Shown here in pieces: positions 1-13,760 of a stretch of 64,000 nucleotides of DNA. Origin of the DNA: Nemertoderma westbladi (taxonomy: Eukaryota > Animalia > Xenacoelomorpha); the NCBI GenBank assembly GCA_032718475.1, contig JAUCBJ010002907.1:1-64000 (forward strand), written 5' to 3'. A program made the position numbers and the translations under genes. Each line of letters opens with the position of its first letter. The stretch's first letter is position 1. The notes beneath the pieces were generated by a model, which was given only the letters and a program-made list of their open reading frames with translations, did not search any database and was not told the DNA's origin.

Positions 1-453
1 CGTCCTAAAGGAACTGTTAATATTCCCGAAGGTGAATAATATTGTCAGAGATTATATAATACTGTCAGTCGAATAATACATTAGGCTTACATAGCAATAA
101 AATTAAACCGTCGAACCCAATCTCCCGGGAATATCCAGCGGGTGAATGATCGCGCACAGATTGGTTTCGACTAGTGTAGTGAATCAAATACTTGTCATAG
201 GCTAAAAAGCGATTTAATATCTAGAAGACATCTTAATTTGGCGGGTTAAACTGCCAAAGGTCTGAAAGCGCGAACAGCATTGGCATATCAAACCGCGAAA
301 ATCACTAAAAAATTTAGGGATCTCACATGTTATATTACAATAATAACAGAACCTAGCAACCAATAACATCTCTTCACTACCAATGGTATGTAAACTGAAG
401 CTGGCGGCTCCCTTGCCCTCGACCCTCCAACGATTTAACGAAACAATAAAATA

Positions 454-530
454 GCCTTAGGCTGAATTCGAAACCGCGCCAGCTACCATAGCGTAAAAAG
501 GAGTGGCGCCGTAACCCATTGGGCCATATT
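454..530 (-). other. tRNA-like Pol III promoter remnant (SINE or transposon-derived)
   Basis: Minus strand has an A-box-like TGGCCCAATGG and a B-box-like GGTTTCGAATTC at tRNA-like spacing. No convincing cloverleaf. Confidence 0.3.
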
Positions 531-949
531 CATTGCAGCAATAATTTATTTCCGCAATAATTTTTTATTGCTGCAATGACAATCTTTTAGATATTTCATG
601 AGTGATTTAACTATTTTCATGAGTGATTTAAATATTTACATACACTATTATATATATTATTTAGAAATACTGCTGTAATTGTTATGATTTTGATCATTTT
701 GAGACGCGATAGCAACCAGGGCATTATCCGGACGAATGAATTAAAGAATGAAGCGCCAGGGTTGATCTGTGCAGTGAAATTATATATTATTACAGAAGGA
801 ATATTTTTATTTTACAGGGGTTTCACCTCTAATAAGACTTGTGATATATTCTTAATTACATTGTTACATGTTAATATGGAATTGTAATGTTTCTTTATAT
901 TACTCTTATTCTTGTAGTTCTTAACAAACAAAATATATATATGAGACAA

Positions 950-973
950 GGGGGGGGGGGGGGGGGGGGGGGG
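950..973 (+). repeat. poly-G run (~24 nt)
   Basis: Homopolymer read directly from the sequence. Confidence 0.9.
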
Positions 974-1355
974 ACTGGACGCAAATCCCATCTTGGCGAA
1001 TTAATATCCCGCCTCAATGTTAACTTTAATCTTTAACTAGAGTTTTCCCTCCATGCAAAGCAAGGACAAGCCTATTTTTTTTGAAGATTTAATTTTAAAT
1101 ACTCACATAATTCCTATCGCACCTCACATAATAAATACTCACATTATCTATTATGATGGTAGAAGTGGTTGGTTATACTGTTATATTCTCTCACTGGAGG
1201 GGGTAACCATTACGCCTACAAACCTACACCCACTTCTAGGCAGGTTAGTAAAGAAGCAGGTTGCAGAGGCGGGATCAAAGGAACCAAAACAATAATCGAG
1301 AGTTTGGAATATTGTTTAAAACCCAATTTAATTGGAGAATCAACAGCTTGATAAC

Positions 1356-4300
1356 CGGCTTACAGTACATGTGTAGGCGTAGGTGTAGGACTATCGTTTA
1401 CTACAACTCTTATTGAACTTTCTAGGCCTACCGGCTTACGGTACATGTGTAGGCATAGGTGTTCGCGTATCGTTTACCACTCTTATTGAACCTTCTAGGC
1501 CTACCGGCTTACGGTACATGTGTAGGCATAGGTGTAGGCGTATCGTTTACCACTCTTATTGAACCTTCTATGCCTATGGTACATGTGTAGGCATAGGCAT
1601 AGGTATTCGTTTACGACTCCTATTGAACCTTCTAGGCCTACTGGCGTACGGTACATGTGTAAGCGTAGGTGTAGGGGTAGGCGTATCGTTTACCACACTT
1701 ATTGAACCTTCTAGGCCTACTGGCTTACGCTACATGTGTAGGCATAGATGTAGATGTATCGTTTATCACTCTTATTGAACCTTCTAGGCTTACTGGCTTA
1801 CGGTACATGTGTAGGCATAGGTGTAGGCGTATCGTTTACCACTCTTATTGAACCTTCTATGCCTATGGTACATGTGTAGGCATAGGCATAGGTATTCGTT
1901 TACGACTCCTATTGAACCTTCTAGGCCTACTGGCTTTCAGTACATGTGTAGGTGTAGGTGTAGGCGTATCGTTTACCACACTTATTGAACCTTCTAGGCC
2001 TACTGGCTTACGGTACATGTGTAGGCGTAGGTGTATCGTTTACCACTCTTATTGAACCTTCTAGGCCTACTGGCTTACGGTACATGTGTAGGCATAGGTG
2101 TAGATGTATCGTTTACCACTCTTATTGAACCTTCTAGGCCTACTGGCGTACGGTACATGTGTAAGCGTAGGTGTATCGTTTACCACTCCTATTGAACCTT
2201 CTAGGCCTACGGGCTTACGCTACATGTGTAGGCATAGATGTAGATGTATCGTTTATCACTCTTATTGAACCTTCTAGGCTTACTGGCTTACGGTACATGT
2301 GTAGGCATAGGTATAGGCGTATCGTTTGCCACTCTTATTGAACCTTCTAGGCCTACTGGCTTACGCTACATGTGTAGGCATAGGTATAGGCGTATCGTTT
2401 GCCACTCTTATTGAACCTTCTAGGCCTACTGGCTTACGCTACATGTGTAGGCATAAGTGTAGGCGTATCGTTTACCACTCTTATTGAACCTTCTAGGCCT
2501 ACTGGCTTACGGTACTTTGTAGGCATAAGTGTATCGTTTACCACTCTTATTCAACCTTCTAGGCCTACTGGCTTACGCTACATGTGTAGGCATAGGTGTA
2601 GATGTATCGTTTACCACTCTTATTCAACCTTCTAGGCCTACTGGCTTACGCTACATGTGTAGGCATACGTGTAGATGTATCGTTTACCACTCTTATTGAA
2701 CCTTCTAGGCATACTGGCTTATGATACATGTGTAGGCATAGGTGTAGGCGTATCGTTTACCACTCTTATTGAACCTTCTAGGCCCACCGGCTTACGGTAC
2801 ATGTGTAGGCATAAGTGTATCGTTTACCACTCTTATTGTACCTTCTATGCCTACTTGCTTACGGTACATGTGTAGGCGTAGGTGTATCGTTTACCACTCC
2901 TATTGAACCTTCTAGGCCTACGGGCTTATGGTACATGTGTATAATAGGTGTAGATGTAGGCGTATCGTTTACCACTCTTATTGAACCTTCTAGGCCTACC
3001 GGCTTACGGTACATGTGTGTGTAGGCGTAGGCGTAGGAGTAGGTGTATCGTTTACCACTCTTATTGAACCTTCTAGGCCTACGGGCTTATGGTACATGTG
3101 TAGGCATAAGTGTATCGTTTACCACTCTTATTCAACCTTCTAGGCCTAATGGCTTACGCTACATGTGTAGGCATACGTGTAGATGTATCGTTTATCACTC
3201 TTATTGAACCTTCTAGGCTTACTGGCTTACGGTACATGTGTAGGCATAGGTATAGGCGTATCGTTTGCCACTCTTATTGAACCTTCTAGGCCTACTGGCT
3301 TACGCTACATGTGTAGGCATAAGTGTAGGCGTATCGTTTACCACTCTTATTGAACCTTCTAGGCCTACTGGCTTACGGTACTTTGTAGGCATAAGTGTAT
3401 CGTTTACCACTCTTATTCAACCTTCTAGGCCTACTGGCTTACGCTACATGTGTAGGCATAGATGTAGATGTATCGTTTATCACTCTTATTGAACCTTCTA
3501 GGCTTACTGGCTTACGGTACATGTGTAGGCATAGGTATAGGCGTATCGTTTGCCACTCTTATTGAACCTTCTAGGCCTACTGGCTTACGCTACATGTGTA
3601 GGCATAAGTGTAGGCGTATCGTTTACCACTCTTATTGAACCTTCTAGGCCTACTGGCTTACGGTACTTTGTAGGCATAAGTGTATCGTTTACCACTCTTA
3701 TTCAACCTTCTAGGCCTACTGGCTTACGCTACATGTGTAGGCATAGAGTGTAGATGTATCGTTTATCACTCTTATTGAACCTTCTAGGCTTACTGGCTTA
3801 CGGTACATGTGTAGGCATAGGTATAGGCGTATCGTTTGCCACTCTTATTCAACCTTCTAGGCCTACTGGCTTACGCTACATGTGTAGGCATAGGTGTAGA
3901 TGTATCGTTTACCACTCTTATTCAACCTTCTAGGCCTACTGGCTTACGCTACATGTGTAGGCATACGTGTAGATGTATCGTTTACCACTCTTATTGAACC
4001 TTCTAGGCATACTGGCTTATGATAAATGTATAGGCATAGGTGTAGGCGTATCGTTTACCACTCTTATTGAACCTTCTAGGCCCAACGGCTTACGGTACAT
4101 GTGTAGCCAGAAGTGTATCGTTTACCACTCTTATTGTACCTTCTATGCCTACTTGCTTACGGTACATGTGTAGGCGTAGGTGTATCGTTTACCACTCCTA
4201 TTGAACCTTCTAGGCCTACGGGCTTATGGTACATGTGTATAATAGGTGTAGATGTAGGCGTATCGTTTACCACTCTTATTGAACCTTCTAGGCCTACCGG

Positions 4301-5300
4301 CTTACGGTACATGTGTGTGTAGGCGTAGGCGTAGGAGTAGGTGTATCGTTTACCACTCTTATTGAACCTTCTAGGCCTACGGGCTTATGGTACATGTGTA
4401 GGCATAAGTGTATCGTTTACCACTCTTATTCAACCTTCTAGGCCTACTGGCTTACGCTACATGTGTAGGCATACGTGTAGATGTATCGTTTACCACTCTT
4501 ATTGAACCTTCTAGGCATACTGGCTTATGATACATGTGTAGGCATAGGTGTAGGCGTATCGTTTACCACTCTTATTGAACCTTCTAGGCCTACCGGCTTA
4601 CGGTACATGTGTAGGCATAAGTGTATCGTTTACCACTCTTATTGTACCTTCTAGGCCTACTTGCTTACGGTACATGTGTAGGCGTAGGTGTATCGTTTAC
4701 CACTCCTATTGAACCTTCTAGGCCTACGGGCTTATGGTACATGTGTATAGGTGTAGATGTAGGTGTATCGTTTACCACTCTTATTGAACCTTCTAGGCCT
4801 ACCGGCTTACGGTTCATGTGTGTGTAGGCGTAGGCGTAGGAGTAGGTGTATCGTTTACCACTCTTATTGAAACTTCAAGGCCACCGGCTTATGGTACATG
4901 TGTGGGCGTAGGTGTAGGCGTATCGTTTACCACTCTTATTGAACCTTCTAGGCTTACTGGCTTACGGTACAGCCAAGGTTTAACCTTGGTGTAGTGGTTG
5001 CATTGAATTCACATCACCCATAGGCCAAGGCAGTTTTCGTTTCGGCACGAATGCTTTAAAGGGACCAGCCAGGGCGCATCTCTGCCTTGCATCCTTAAGT
5101 GGTAGCTAAATGAATACTGGAGTTTCCTCTGGGAAGTAAAGTTCTGGGGGGACCGCACTGGAAATAAGTCGTCAGACTTTGTGCGTAATCCCTGGCCTAG
5201 TGGCCGAAGAAAATTTACTTTATTTTACTTTACATGTGTAGGCGTATCATTTTCCACTCTTATTGAACCTTCTAGGCCTAACGGCTTACGCTACATGTGT
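1356..5300. repeat. ~73-bp tandem satellite (67/73/79-bp variants), interrupted near its end by a SINE
   Basis: Unit GGCTTACGGTACATGTGTAGGCATAGGTGTAGGCGTATCGTTTACCACTCTTATTGAACCTTCTAGGCCTACT; period 73 (1433 to 1506). Length variants come from an internal GTAGGY hexamer. Confidence 0.95.
4972..5230 (+). mobile_element. tRNA-derived SINE, copy 1 (B-box deleted)
   Basis: A-box-like TGGTGTAGTGG near the 5' end and a (TTTAC)n-like tail. TACA flanks both sides (4968-4971, 5231-5234). Homologous to the minus-strand copy at 41561-41830. Confidence 0.8.
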
Positions 5301-6727
5301 AACACTACATTACTACAAAGCGGTTCAACCGATTGGAACCTATCACTACATTACTACAAATCGGTTCAACTGATTGGAACCGAACACTACATTACACAAA
5401 GCGGTTCAACTGATTGGAACCGAACACTACATTACTACAAATCGGTTCAACTGATTGGAACCTAACACTACATTAATACAAAGCGGTTCAACTGATTGGA
5501 ACCGAACACTACATTACTACAAAGCGGTTCAACTGATTGGAACCTAACTCTACATTACTACAAATCGGTTCAACTGATTGGAACCTAACACTACATTACT
5601 ACAAATCGGTTCAACTGATTGGAACCTAACACTACATTACTACAAAGCGGTTCAACCGATTGGAACCGAACACTACATTACTACAAAGCGGTTCAACTGA
5701 TTGGAACCGAACACTACATTACTACAAAGCGGTTCAACTGATTGGAACCTAACACTACATTACTACAAAGCGGTTCAACTGATTGGAACCTTACACTACA
5801 TTACTACAAAGCGGTTCAACTCATTGGAACCTAACACTACATTACTACAAAGCGGTTCAACTGATTGGAACCGCACACTACATTACTACAAAGCGGTTCA
5901 ACTGATTGGAACCTAACACTACATTACTACAAAGCGGTTCAACTGATTGGAACCGAACACTACATTACTACAAAGCGGTTCAACTGATTGGAACCGAACA
6001 CTACATTACTACAAAGCGGTTCAACTGATTGGAACCGAACACTACATTACTACAAAGCGGTTCAACTGATTGGAACCGAACACTACATTACTACAAAGCC
6101 GTTCAACTGATTGGAACCGAACACTACATTACTACAAAGCGGTTCAACTGATTGGAACCGAACACTACATTACTACAAAGCGGTTCAACCGATTGGAACC
6201 GAACACTACATTACTACAAAGCGGTTCAACTGATTGGAACCTAACACTACATTACTACAAAGCGGTTCAACTGATTGGAACCGAACACTACATTACTACA
6301 AAGCGGTTCAACTAATTGGAACCTAACACTACATTAATACAAAGCGGTTCAACTGATTGGAACCGAACACTACATTACTACAAAGCGGTTCAACTGATTG
6401 GAACCGAACACTACATTACTACAAAGCGGTTCAACTGATTGGAACCGAATACTACATTACTACAAAGCCGTTCAACTGATCGGAACCGAACACTACATTA
6501 CTACAAAGCGGTTCAACTGATTGGAACCGAACACTACATTACTACAAAGCGGTTCAACCGATTGGAACCGAACACTACATTACTACAAAGCCGTTCATCT
6601 GATTGGAACCAAACACTACATTACTACAAAGCGGTTCAACTGATTGGAACCTAACACTACATTACTACAAAGCGGTTCAACTGATTGGAACCTTACACTA
6701 CATTACTACAAAGCGGTTCAACTGATT
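5301..6727. repeat. 41-bp tandem satellite, ~35 copies
   Basis: Unit AACACTACATTACTACAAAGCGGTTCAACTGATTGGAACCG; no unique spacers. Confidence 0.95.
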
Positions 6728-6939
6728 CCATAACTGGCTTTGCTGTTGTTGTTGTGTGTGGTGTTGTAAACTATTACAAACTGTAGGAACATTACGGATG
6801 AATGGCCATCCTGTAGGTACAGATATAGGTACAGTACCGGCACACAAACAACAGTAATTCTAATGCCATATAATTTGCCATTCCTATTTTGTAGGTTAAT
6901 TTCCGTCTACTTGAGGATTAACTCTGTGAAACTAAACAA

Positions 6940-6994
6940 ATGGCTCTGGGAATCCTAATGTGTATCCTGTTATTATTTTGCACAGCGATTCAAG
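6940..6994 (+). CDS. Signal-peptide exon of a secreted precursor (MALGILMCILLLFCTAIQG); predicted first coding exon of the NVPGFamide precursor
   Basis: Acceptor TTCCTATTTTGTAG ends at 6894. Start context ACAAATGG, hydrophobic core LGILMCILLLFC, and phase-1 donor AAG|GTGAGG at 6994/6995. Confidence 0.75.
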
Positions 6995-8366
6995 GTGAGG
7001 AAGATAATTACGCTGGCATTGATGCCAAGAAATAGTAAACTGTAACTAGAGTTTCATACTGTACAGTAGTTAATAGGAAAGAAGTACTGGTTCGGGGTAT
7101 AGTCACTGACCAGGGTCAATGCGATCAGCCCCGCAACTGCCTCACAAATTATTGAATTCGTTGTTTTTTAGAGATATGGCAGGGGTTGGGGGGCTATTGA
7201 TGCATATATCATCTCGGTAAATTAACAATGTTAGGATTGATTTCTATATAACGGGTATATTTTAATTAAAAGGCTTATTTTCATTGACCAACTAACAAAC
7301 TGATCATTTCCACTTTCACTATTATATTACCCGTAACATTTCCGCCTATATTCCTGACATTCCGGACATGCATCTGGGTGGTGAATCCGATCAAGTGTTC
7401 CGGCAGTGCGGTTTCCAAGAAGTGTGAAATTATCTGTTATATTTTTTCGTATTTTTTTGATATTTGACCAGGTATGCTTATTTTATTTACAAAAAGAGAG
7501 ATTTCTCGGGTCAAAGTTATCCAAAAGGCTATATTACCTTATTCGTGATTGAGAGACACAAACAGACACAGCTGCGCAAGGACACATTTATAAAACACAA
7601 TAAACTACGGAATACAATATGTTATGGCTCCATTGTGTTTCGTATTTTATAGCCTTACAGTCTTGAGTTGAGCCTTTTGGCAACCATTTTAAAAAAGCCC
7701 CAAAAGATTTTTTTATTCTTCCCTTTGATCAACCTGATTAATTATCTTTTAACTTCAACTACTACACCCCAATTACAATTAAAAATACAACAACTTCTAA
7801 AAGTTTAACCATTATTGGGTGGATTCAGTCACGATGGGATAAACAAAACCATGACATACTATAGATAGTAGATGAACATCAAACATATATCTTCCCAACT
7901 TTTGATCTTACCTTGATATAGTTGTATTATTGGGAACTCGTTCAGTACCAATACCTACTGTATATAAGACCGTGGCATAATACCAGGGTCGAGAGGAAAA
8001 AGCCGGCCTGGGGCAATGTACTTGTGGAAAATCCACGGCTCACCAGGTACCCAGTCCCTTGGATTTTTCCCCTTCCTCGCCCTTCTCGGCACCCTAATAC
8101 ACAGGTCACAGCTTCATTTTTGCTGATAATTAGTCGTTATTTTGTTGATTTTCCCCTCTTTTCTTCAATACCCATATATCCCCCTCTATCTTGCTATTTG
8201 ACTGGCTGCAGCTTAGCATTCCACTTTAACGAGCTACTTTCTTTCACCTTTCCAGGGGAAATTTTGTGAAATTTTTTTAGTATCTGATCCGCTTAATAAA
8301 GGTAGCCATCACCTCATGGCATGGTGGTGGGGTGAATGAGTAATCACCAACCAGTTGTCTTGAGCA

Positions 8367-8770
8367 CTACTACTAGGATCGGCATGCTGCATTGCAGCTG
8401 CATTTTTAAGAATGCTGTGCCGGCTTGTCAACAAAATTGCACCGCCACAACTCCCTATCACCCATGACATTTGCTAGATCATCCGCATCTTTAAGGCCAG
8501 TGTCCTTTAAGATGCGTCTCAAGAAAGTCATGGGCTGTCCACCATGCTTATTCACTCCATGAGGCTGCCAAAGTACAAGATTATGCACTGGCTGGTCCTC
8601 ACGGCGAAAGCAATGTCCTGCAAAGCGGAGGCGATTTTGTTCTAGTGTCAAGCTTGGGGGAACCAATGAGACACCTCCAATGTTATATAGTGTCTGGTTG
8701 GAGATGTGTGCATTGTACTTGACACAATGTACCCGGCGTAGCATTCTTGTGAATGTGCCATCCAGAGATT
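8367..8770 (-). mobile_element. RTE-clade LINE, 3' fragment
   Basis: Encodes ...QNRLRFAGHCFRREDQPVHNLVLWQP..., typical of the RTE ORF C-terminus, with a (TAG)n tail. Near-identical to the copy at 50246-50812. Confidence 0.85.
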
Positions 8771-9349
8771 GTCTTGAGCAGGCATGTCATTGACGATGTT
8801 AAATGTATTAATAATAATTTGGCTTCCTTTTTGAAAGGACATTGGGAATTAATTAACTTTCTTAGAGTGAAACCCCTGGGGTCCATTATAATGTACGGTA
8901 ATTATTCATTCTATAACGATACAGACATAGTACATTCTAATGGGAGTAATATTTATACAGTATGCTCTAATGCAAGTAATTAATATATACTCTAATGTAC
9001 AATGGCGTCTATGTTGGCATTGCTAGGCATCCTCTTCATGAAATGGGTACCTGGAATAACTAATTATTTCATATAGTTTGCATTGTTGCTTGTTACCTAT
9101 CACCCTCGCAAACAGATGCGCAGTTGCGTTTGCACCCTGTGCATTTTGAGCCAACTCCCACCTTCTCTCAATAGCATAATGTTATTCTAATCAAGACAAT
9201 GTAAGAGGGTCGATAACACACGTTTCAATCGAATTATTTTTCATTTGTTAAATTTCAATTCTATTTAAGAGACACCCACATTCCTATCAGTACAATCTCA
9301 TTAGGAAGATACTTTGTCCGAGTTCGCTCGACCTAGTCGTAGTAGTAAG

Positions 9350-11545
9350 AAGATACTTTGGGGGTCAGGTTAGGTATTCTAGGTCATTGATCAAGAAAAC
9401 TTGCCACCTTCATGCCTCATAAAGGAGGTGCCACCTGAGGCTGCATAGACCCTCTTACTAGGGAAAATCTGGTCCTGTAATTAGGACCCCCTTCGTTCGG
9501 GGATAAGGATGCCCTTGGTCCTGGATTAAGGACCCATATACTTGGCTGCAGTGGTATATGGCCTGGTCAGGCAGATGGTGATCTACCAATGGCTGGTCAG
9601 GAGTAGAGTGTTCTCATGTCCAATCTGAGTGCACTTCACTGCGACCTGCACCTGGCAGCAGGGGTACAGGGCATGGCCCAGCAGATGAGCTACACAGCCA
9701 ATGGTGGGCCATGTGCGTCAGAGTAGGTACGGGTGATGGTTATGGGTCTCATATCTGACTCCACTGCGACACCCACCCTGTGGATTGGCAAACCGGAGTG
9801 TGGTATTTTGCCCCGAGAGCTGACGCGGCAAAAAGCACCCCCCAACCCCCACTATGGATTACATTAGTAATGGCTAGGTCACAATTGGCCTCACAGGCAT
9901 CAGTTATCTCCTGACTGGCTGCCTGTCTCACCCCCTACTGGAGAGAGAGCAGCCAACAATTCTGTGAGTCCCTTTCCTGATTACCTTTTTGGCCCAAACC
10001 CTGGGTCACCAGGGAGGCCTGATTGTGGAGGGGGAGAGGGATTCTGGAGTTGGAGGCTACTCTCATGTTCCACCCCGACCTACCAAGCCATTGGTGAATC
10101 TGAGACAAGTCACTAGAGTAGCCTCAGTTTACACCCTAACACTCAGGTCCCCAATGTGACAAGGTGAGTTGACTGCCTTGGCAGATAAGCTTTCTCTTAG
10201 CACAGTGGGTATTTAAGAGCACCGAATGCAGACTGGACAGACTGATGAGGTTCGATTAAGGACATGGGGGGCGGTTGGCGACTCGCCCTGGCGTCAGCAG
10301 ATGATAATGGCAATGGTGGAATTGGACTATTGATGAATCCAACTGCACATGCAGCATTGGACTAAATTGACCAAATCTCTAACTGCATCATCCATTGCCA
10401 CTTCTCATGTTTTGGAAGACTGGCTAAGAAGTTTCCTAAGGTGGTTCTGATTGTGTGCAATTCTCCAACTAGTATTGGCCCAGTAGAGGAGGTGGAAAAT
10501 TTCTACCATAATCTACAAGCAGCTACTGATGGAGTGGATCAGCATGCATTCTTAACATTCCTGAGAGACTTTAATGCAAGTCTGCATCAATCATATATAT
10601 CACCCTGGGTCTATAGCGATAGTGTTAACCGAAATTACATCCATCTTCAGGATTTCATCACTGGAAATGGATTGTTTTCAGCTGGAACCCAGTTCAAGAA
10701 GCAAACTGGAAAGCTATGGACTCATAGTGGACCCAGTGGTCACAAGTCCCAGACAGACCATATTCTGTTTCGTAGGAAATACTGGACCTCTATACAAGAC
10801 TGTAATGCATTTACACTTCGACCCTTCTCCAGTGATCACCGCCTGATTGTGGCCAAGGTAATACTTAGTCTGCGTGCTAGCAGAACAATGAGAACTGCCT
10901 TGCCGCGGCATGACTGGGCCTCTCTGTTGGAACAGCCAAGTGTGAGATCCAGCTTCAGACTACAGCTGAGCAACGGATATGAGGATCTTGCCTTAGAGGC
11001 AGCAGATCACTGCGAGGGCTATACTGCCTTTACAGAAGCAGTTAAGTTAGCAGCTGCAGAAACAATTCCTGTTTACCCCTGAAACAGGAAAAAGGCCCCC
11101 TGGACTGACAGTCCAGAATCCAGAAGTGTCGAAATGACCTATATAAGGCGCAGAAAGAGTCCCGACTCAAACAGACTACAGCAGCCAAGAATGCAGTTAA
11201 GGCTGCATTTAGGTTCCTGAACAGGAAGTACTCCGTTAATCTACAGGAGCTAATAAACCAACAGGTTGATGCCATCAATGATGCTTTACGACAGCAGGCA
11301 ATCATCCCAGGCATGGAAATCTATCAACTTGCTTACTGGGTGGAAAAGCCAACCAACCACCAAGGTTAAGGCTGAATCACCAGCCGATCGCCTCAATGGT
11401 TGGAAGGCCCACTTTGAAAAGCTCCTCAATAATGACAGTGTATTGCCTGATAACTTTATAGAAGTAAAAGTGTCTGAGTCTGTACTCCCAGATATTCCCA
11501 TTGGTGATATCTCCTTTGCAGAATGAAGGCTGCTGCAATGAGCTC
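9350..11545 (+). mobile_element. RTE-clade LINE 5' portion (UTR plus degenerate APE endonuclease)
   Basis: ORF 10441-11082 carries APE motifs (xDFNA, WTH, QTDHIL, SDHRL). The downstream linker W..HFEKLLN is broken by stops. The 5' boundary is approximate. Confidence 0.75.
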
Positions 11546-12159
11546 AATGAATACTGTAACACAGTTTAAGCGATAAGCCTTTAAATATTATATAGTGAAA
11601 TATAGTGAAGTATATTTAGTGAAAAACTGTATTTAATTATTTTTACATTTGGAGGATGCATATGATAGGCATTATTGGGGGAATCATATCTTGTTATCTT
11701 TCAGCATTTCTTGCCTCCAAATTAACATTCATAATTCATTTTTATTTCATCACAAAGACATAGGCTCCAATTGGATTACACCCACAATGAAGTTTTATCA
11801 TTAAAATATTGTTTAGCATTATATTTCACACTAGAGTTAGGGAGCATTTTAAATTTCTTCCTGATTATCGGGATTATCCTACTCTTTAATATCAGTTATC
11901 ATATTAATGCCTACCTAATATAATGTACAAATCTGCTGGTACTTAGAGAAAGGCAAATCAAATCACACCTGTAGCATCTGTCCTATAGAGAATATATCAC
12001 CAACCTTGCAAACCTGAGTGCTTCCAACCAACCCTAACAACTTTTGGCAACACCTGAGAGAAATCATTCAAAGACCCATACTGCAGCAATGTCAGCCCAA
12101 AATGCAGGAAATGCTTTATAATTATTACAAAGATGTTTTTGAGACCAACCCTAGATCAA

Positions 12160-13140
12160 AAGGAGACATATCAAAGACGGAAAAGGTCCATTTAGGTTTT
12201 ATTATGCGAATCATAGGAGTCAAATCTACCACTCCAAACTTTATGGTATACGGGGAATCTGGGGCTTTCCCATTTAGTCTTTGGAGAAAGTTTATTATTT
12301 AAATTTTGGACTCACTTAATCCGCCTCCCTGATACTCGATAAAGCAAATGTATTTATCTCGAACTTTTGGATAGATCAGTCTCATCGCCCTTGTCTGTAA
12401 GTTGGTTAGAAGTTAGTGCGTAGCCATATAACTGATAAGTCTCCATTACCTTCTAGAATAGGAGAGGATGTAGGACCTATTAATATAACTAATATGTGGA
12501 AGAACCATTTCCAGAGTCTATTTAACTGCGTCAATGATGACTCAGATAGTGACTACGTTAATAAGTGTATTGATACTGCAGCTAATATTGGCTTTACCGG
12601 CTATATTACATACAATGAAGTTATAGATTCTCTGTTCGGCCTTCCAACGGATAAAGCACCTGGGCTAGATGGTATAACGACAGAACATTTAATCTACACA
12701 CAGGTTAGAAGTTGTCTCAATGATTTAGGTCTCTCTTGGGCATGGAACTCCCAGAATATTGATAATAGTGAAAGTTTCCTGAAAGAAGTTTTGACTGTCC
12801 TTCGTGACCAATTAATTCAGGATTGGCGCTGCAGAATTCACACCTCGTCTAAGGGTAAGCTCTACGTTGATGATGTATTTGGCAGAGAGATCTACCTGAA
12901 CTCACTTTGCAATACACCAAACCTCAAGTTAGTGTTGGTGCGTTTAAGGTGTTCAAGCACCATCACCAGATTGAAGTTGGGCATTGGGAAGGAGTTGCAC
13001 TGGAGAATAAAATTTGTAAGGTCTGTCATTTGGGGGTAGTAGAGGATGAATTGCTTTTTGTCCTGGTTTGTCCTGCCTATAGTGAACTTCGGAAGACTTT
13101 AATTGATCGTTTCTATTGGTCACACCCCTCAGTATACTGA
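12160..13140 (+). mobile_element. RTEX-like LINE 3' fragment, chimeric
   Basis: Motifs IIGVKSTTPNFMVYGESG and LRCSxH..IEVG..W, plus zinc knuckle CKVC...EDE..FVLVC; frameshifts and stops present. Confidence 0.7.
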
Positions 13141-13319
13141 GTATACTCAGTATACTCAGTACACTTACACTAGACCTGTCATCCGCCTTTTATTGCACGA
13201 AATATGAAGTGTTATTCGAAAATTGAAAAAAACTGAATATATATTAGCATAAATATCATACGGTTACTAGAATCATATTACAGAAAATCTTCAGCCATCC
13301 TAGAAATTGGATCACTCAT

Positions 13320-13760
13320 ACACAAGGAATCTATAGCACTCAGGAGGTATTCTGTCAGCATTTAACTATTCAATTTTATTTGTATGACCTATTTAAAGAA
13401 CTCGAGGAGCAATGTATCGGGCCTCACTGTAGAGACCAGGCCTACCCTTCATTGTCTTTGCTGATGACCTTCGGGCCTCACTATAGAGACCAGACCTACC
13501 CTTCATTGTCTTTGCTGATGACCTTCGGGCCTCACTGTAGAGACCAGACCTACCCTTCATTGTCTTTGCTGATGACCTTCGGGCCTCACTGTAGAGACCA
13601 GGCCTACCCTTCATTGTCTTTGCTGATGACCTACTTCTCCTGTGTAACAGACATGGCCAGATGCATCCAGATCAGTATGAACTTTTTCCAAACAGAATGG
13701 CTTCTCTGTAAACAAAGAGAAATCCGATTATTAGAAGACCATCAGGGCTTCTTGCTAAAA
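13320..13760 (+). mobile_element. Reverse transcriptase fragment containing a 54-bp x4 tandem repeat (13417-13632)
   Basis: The repeat unit includes TTTGCTGATGAC (FADD), and the last copy continues as FADDLLLL. Period 54. Confidence 0.7.
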
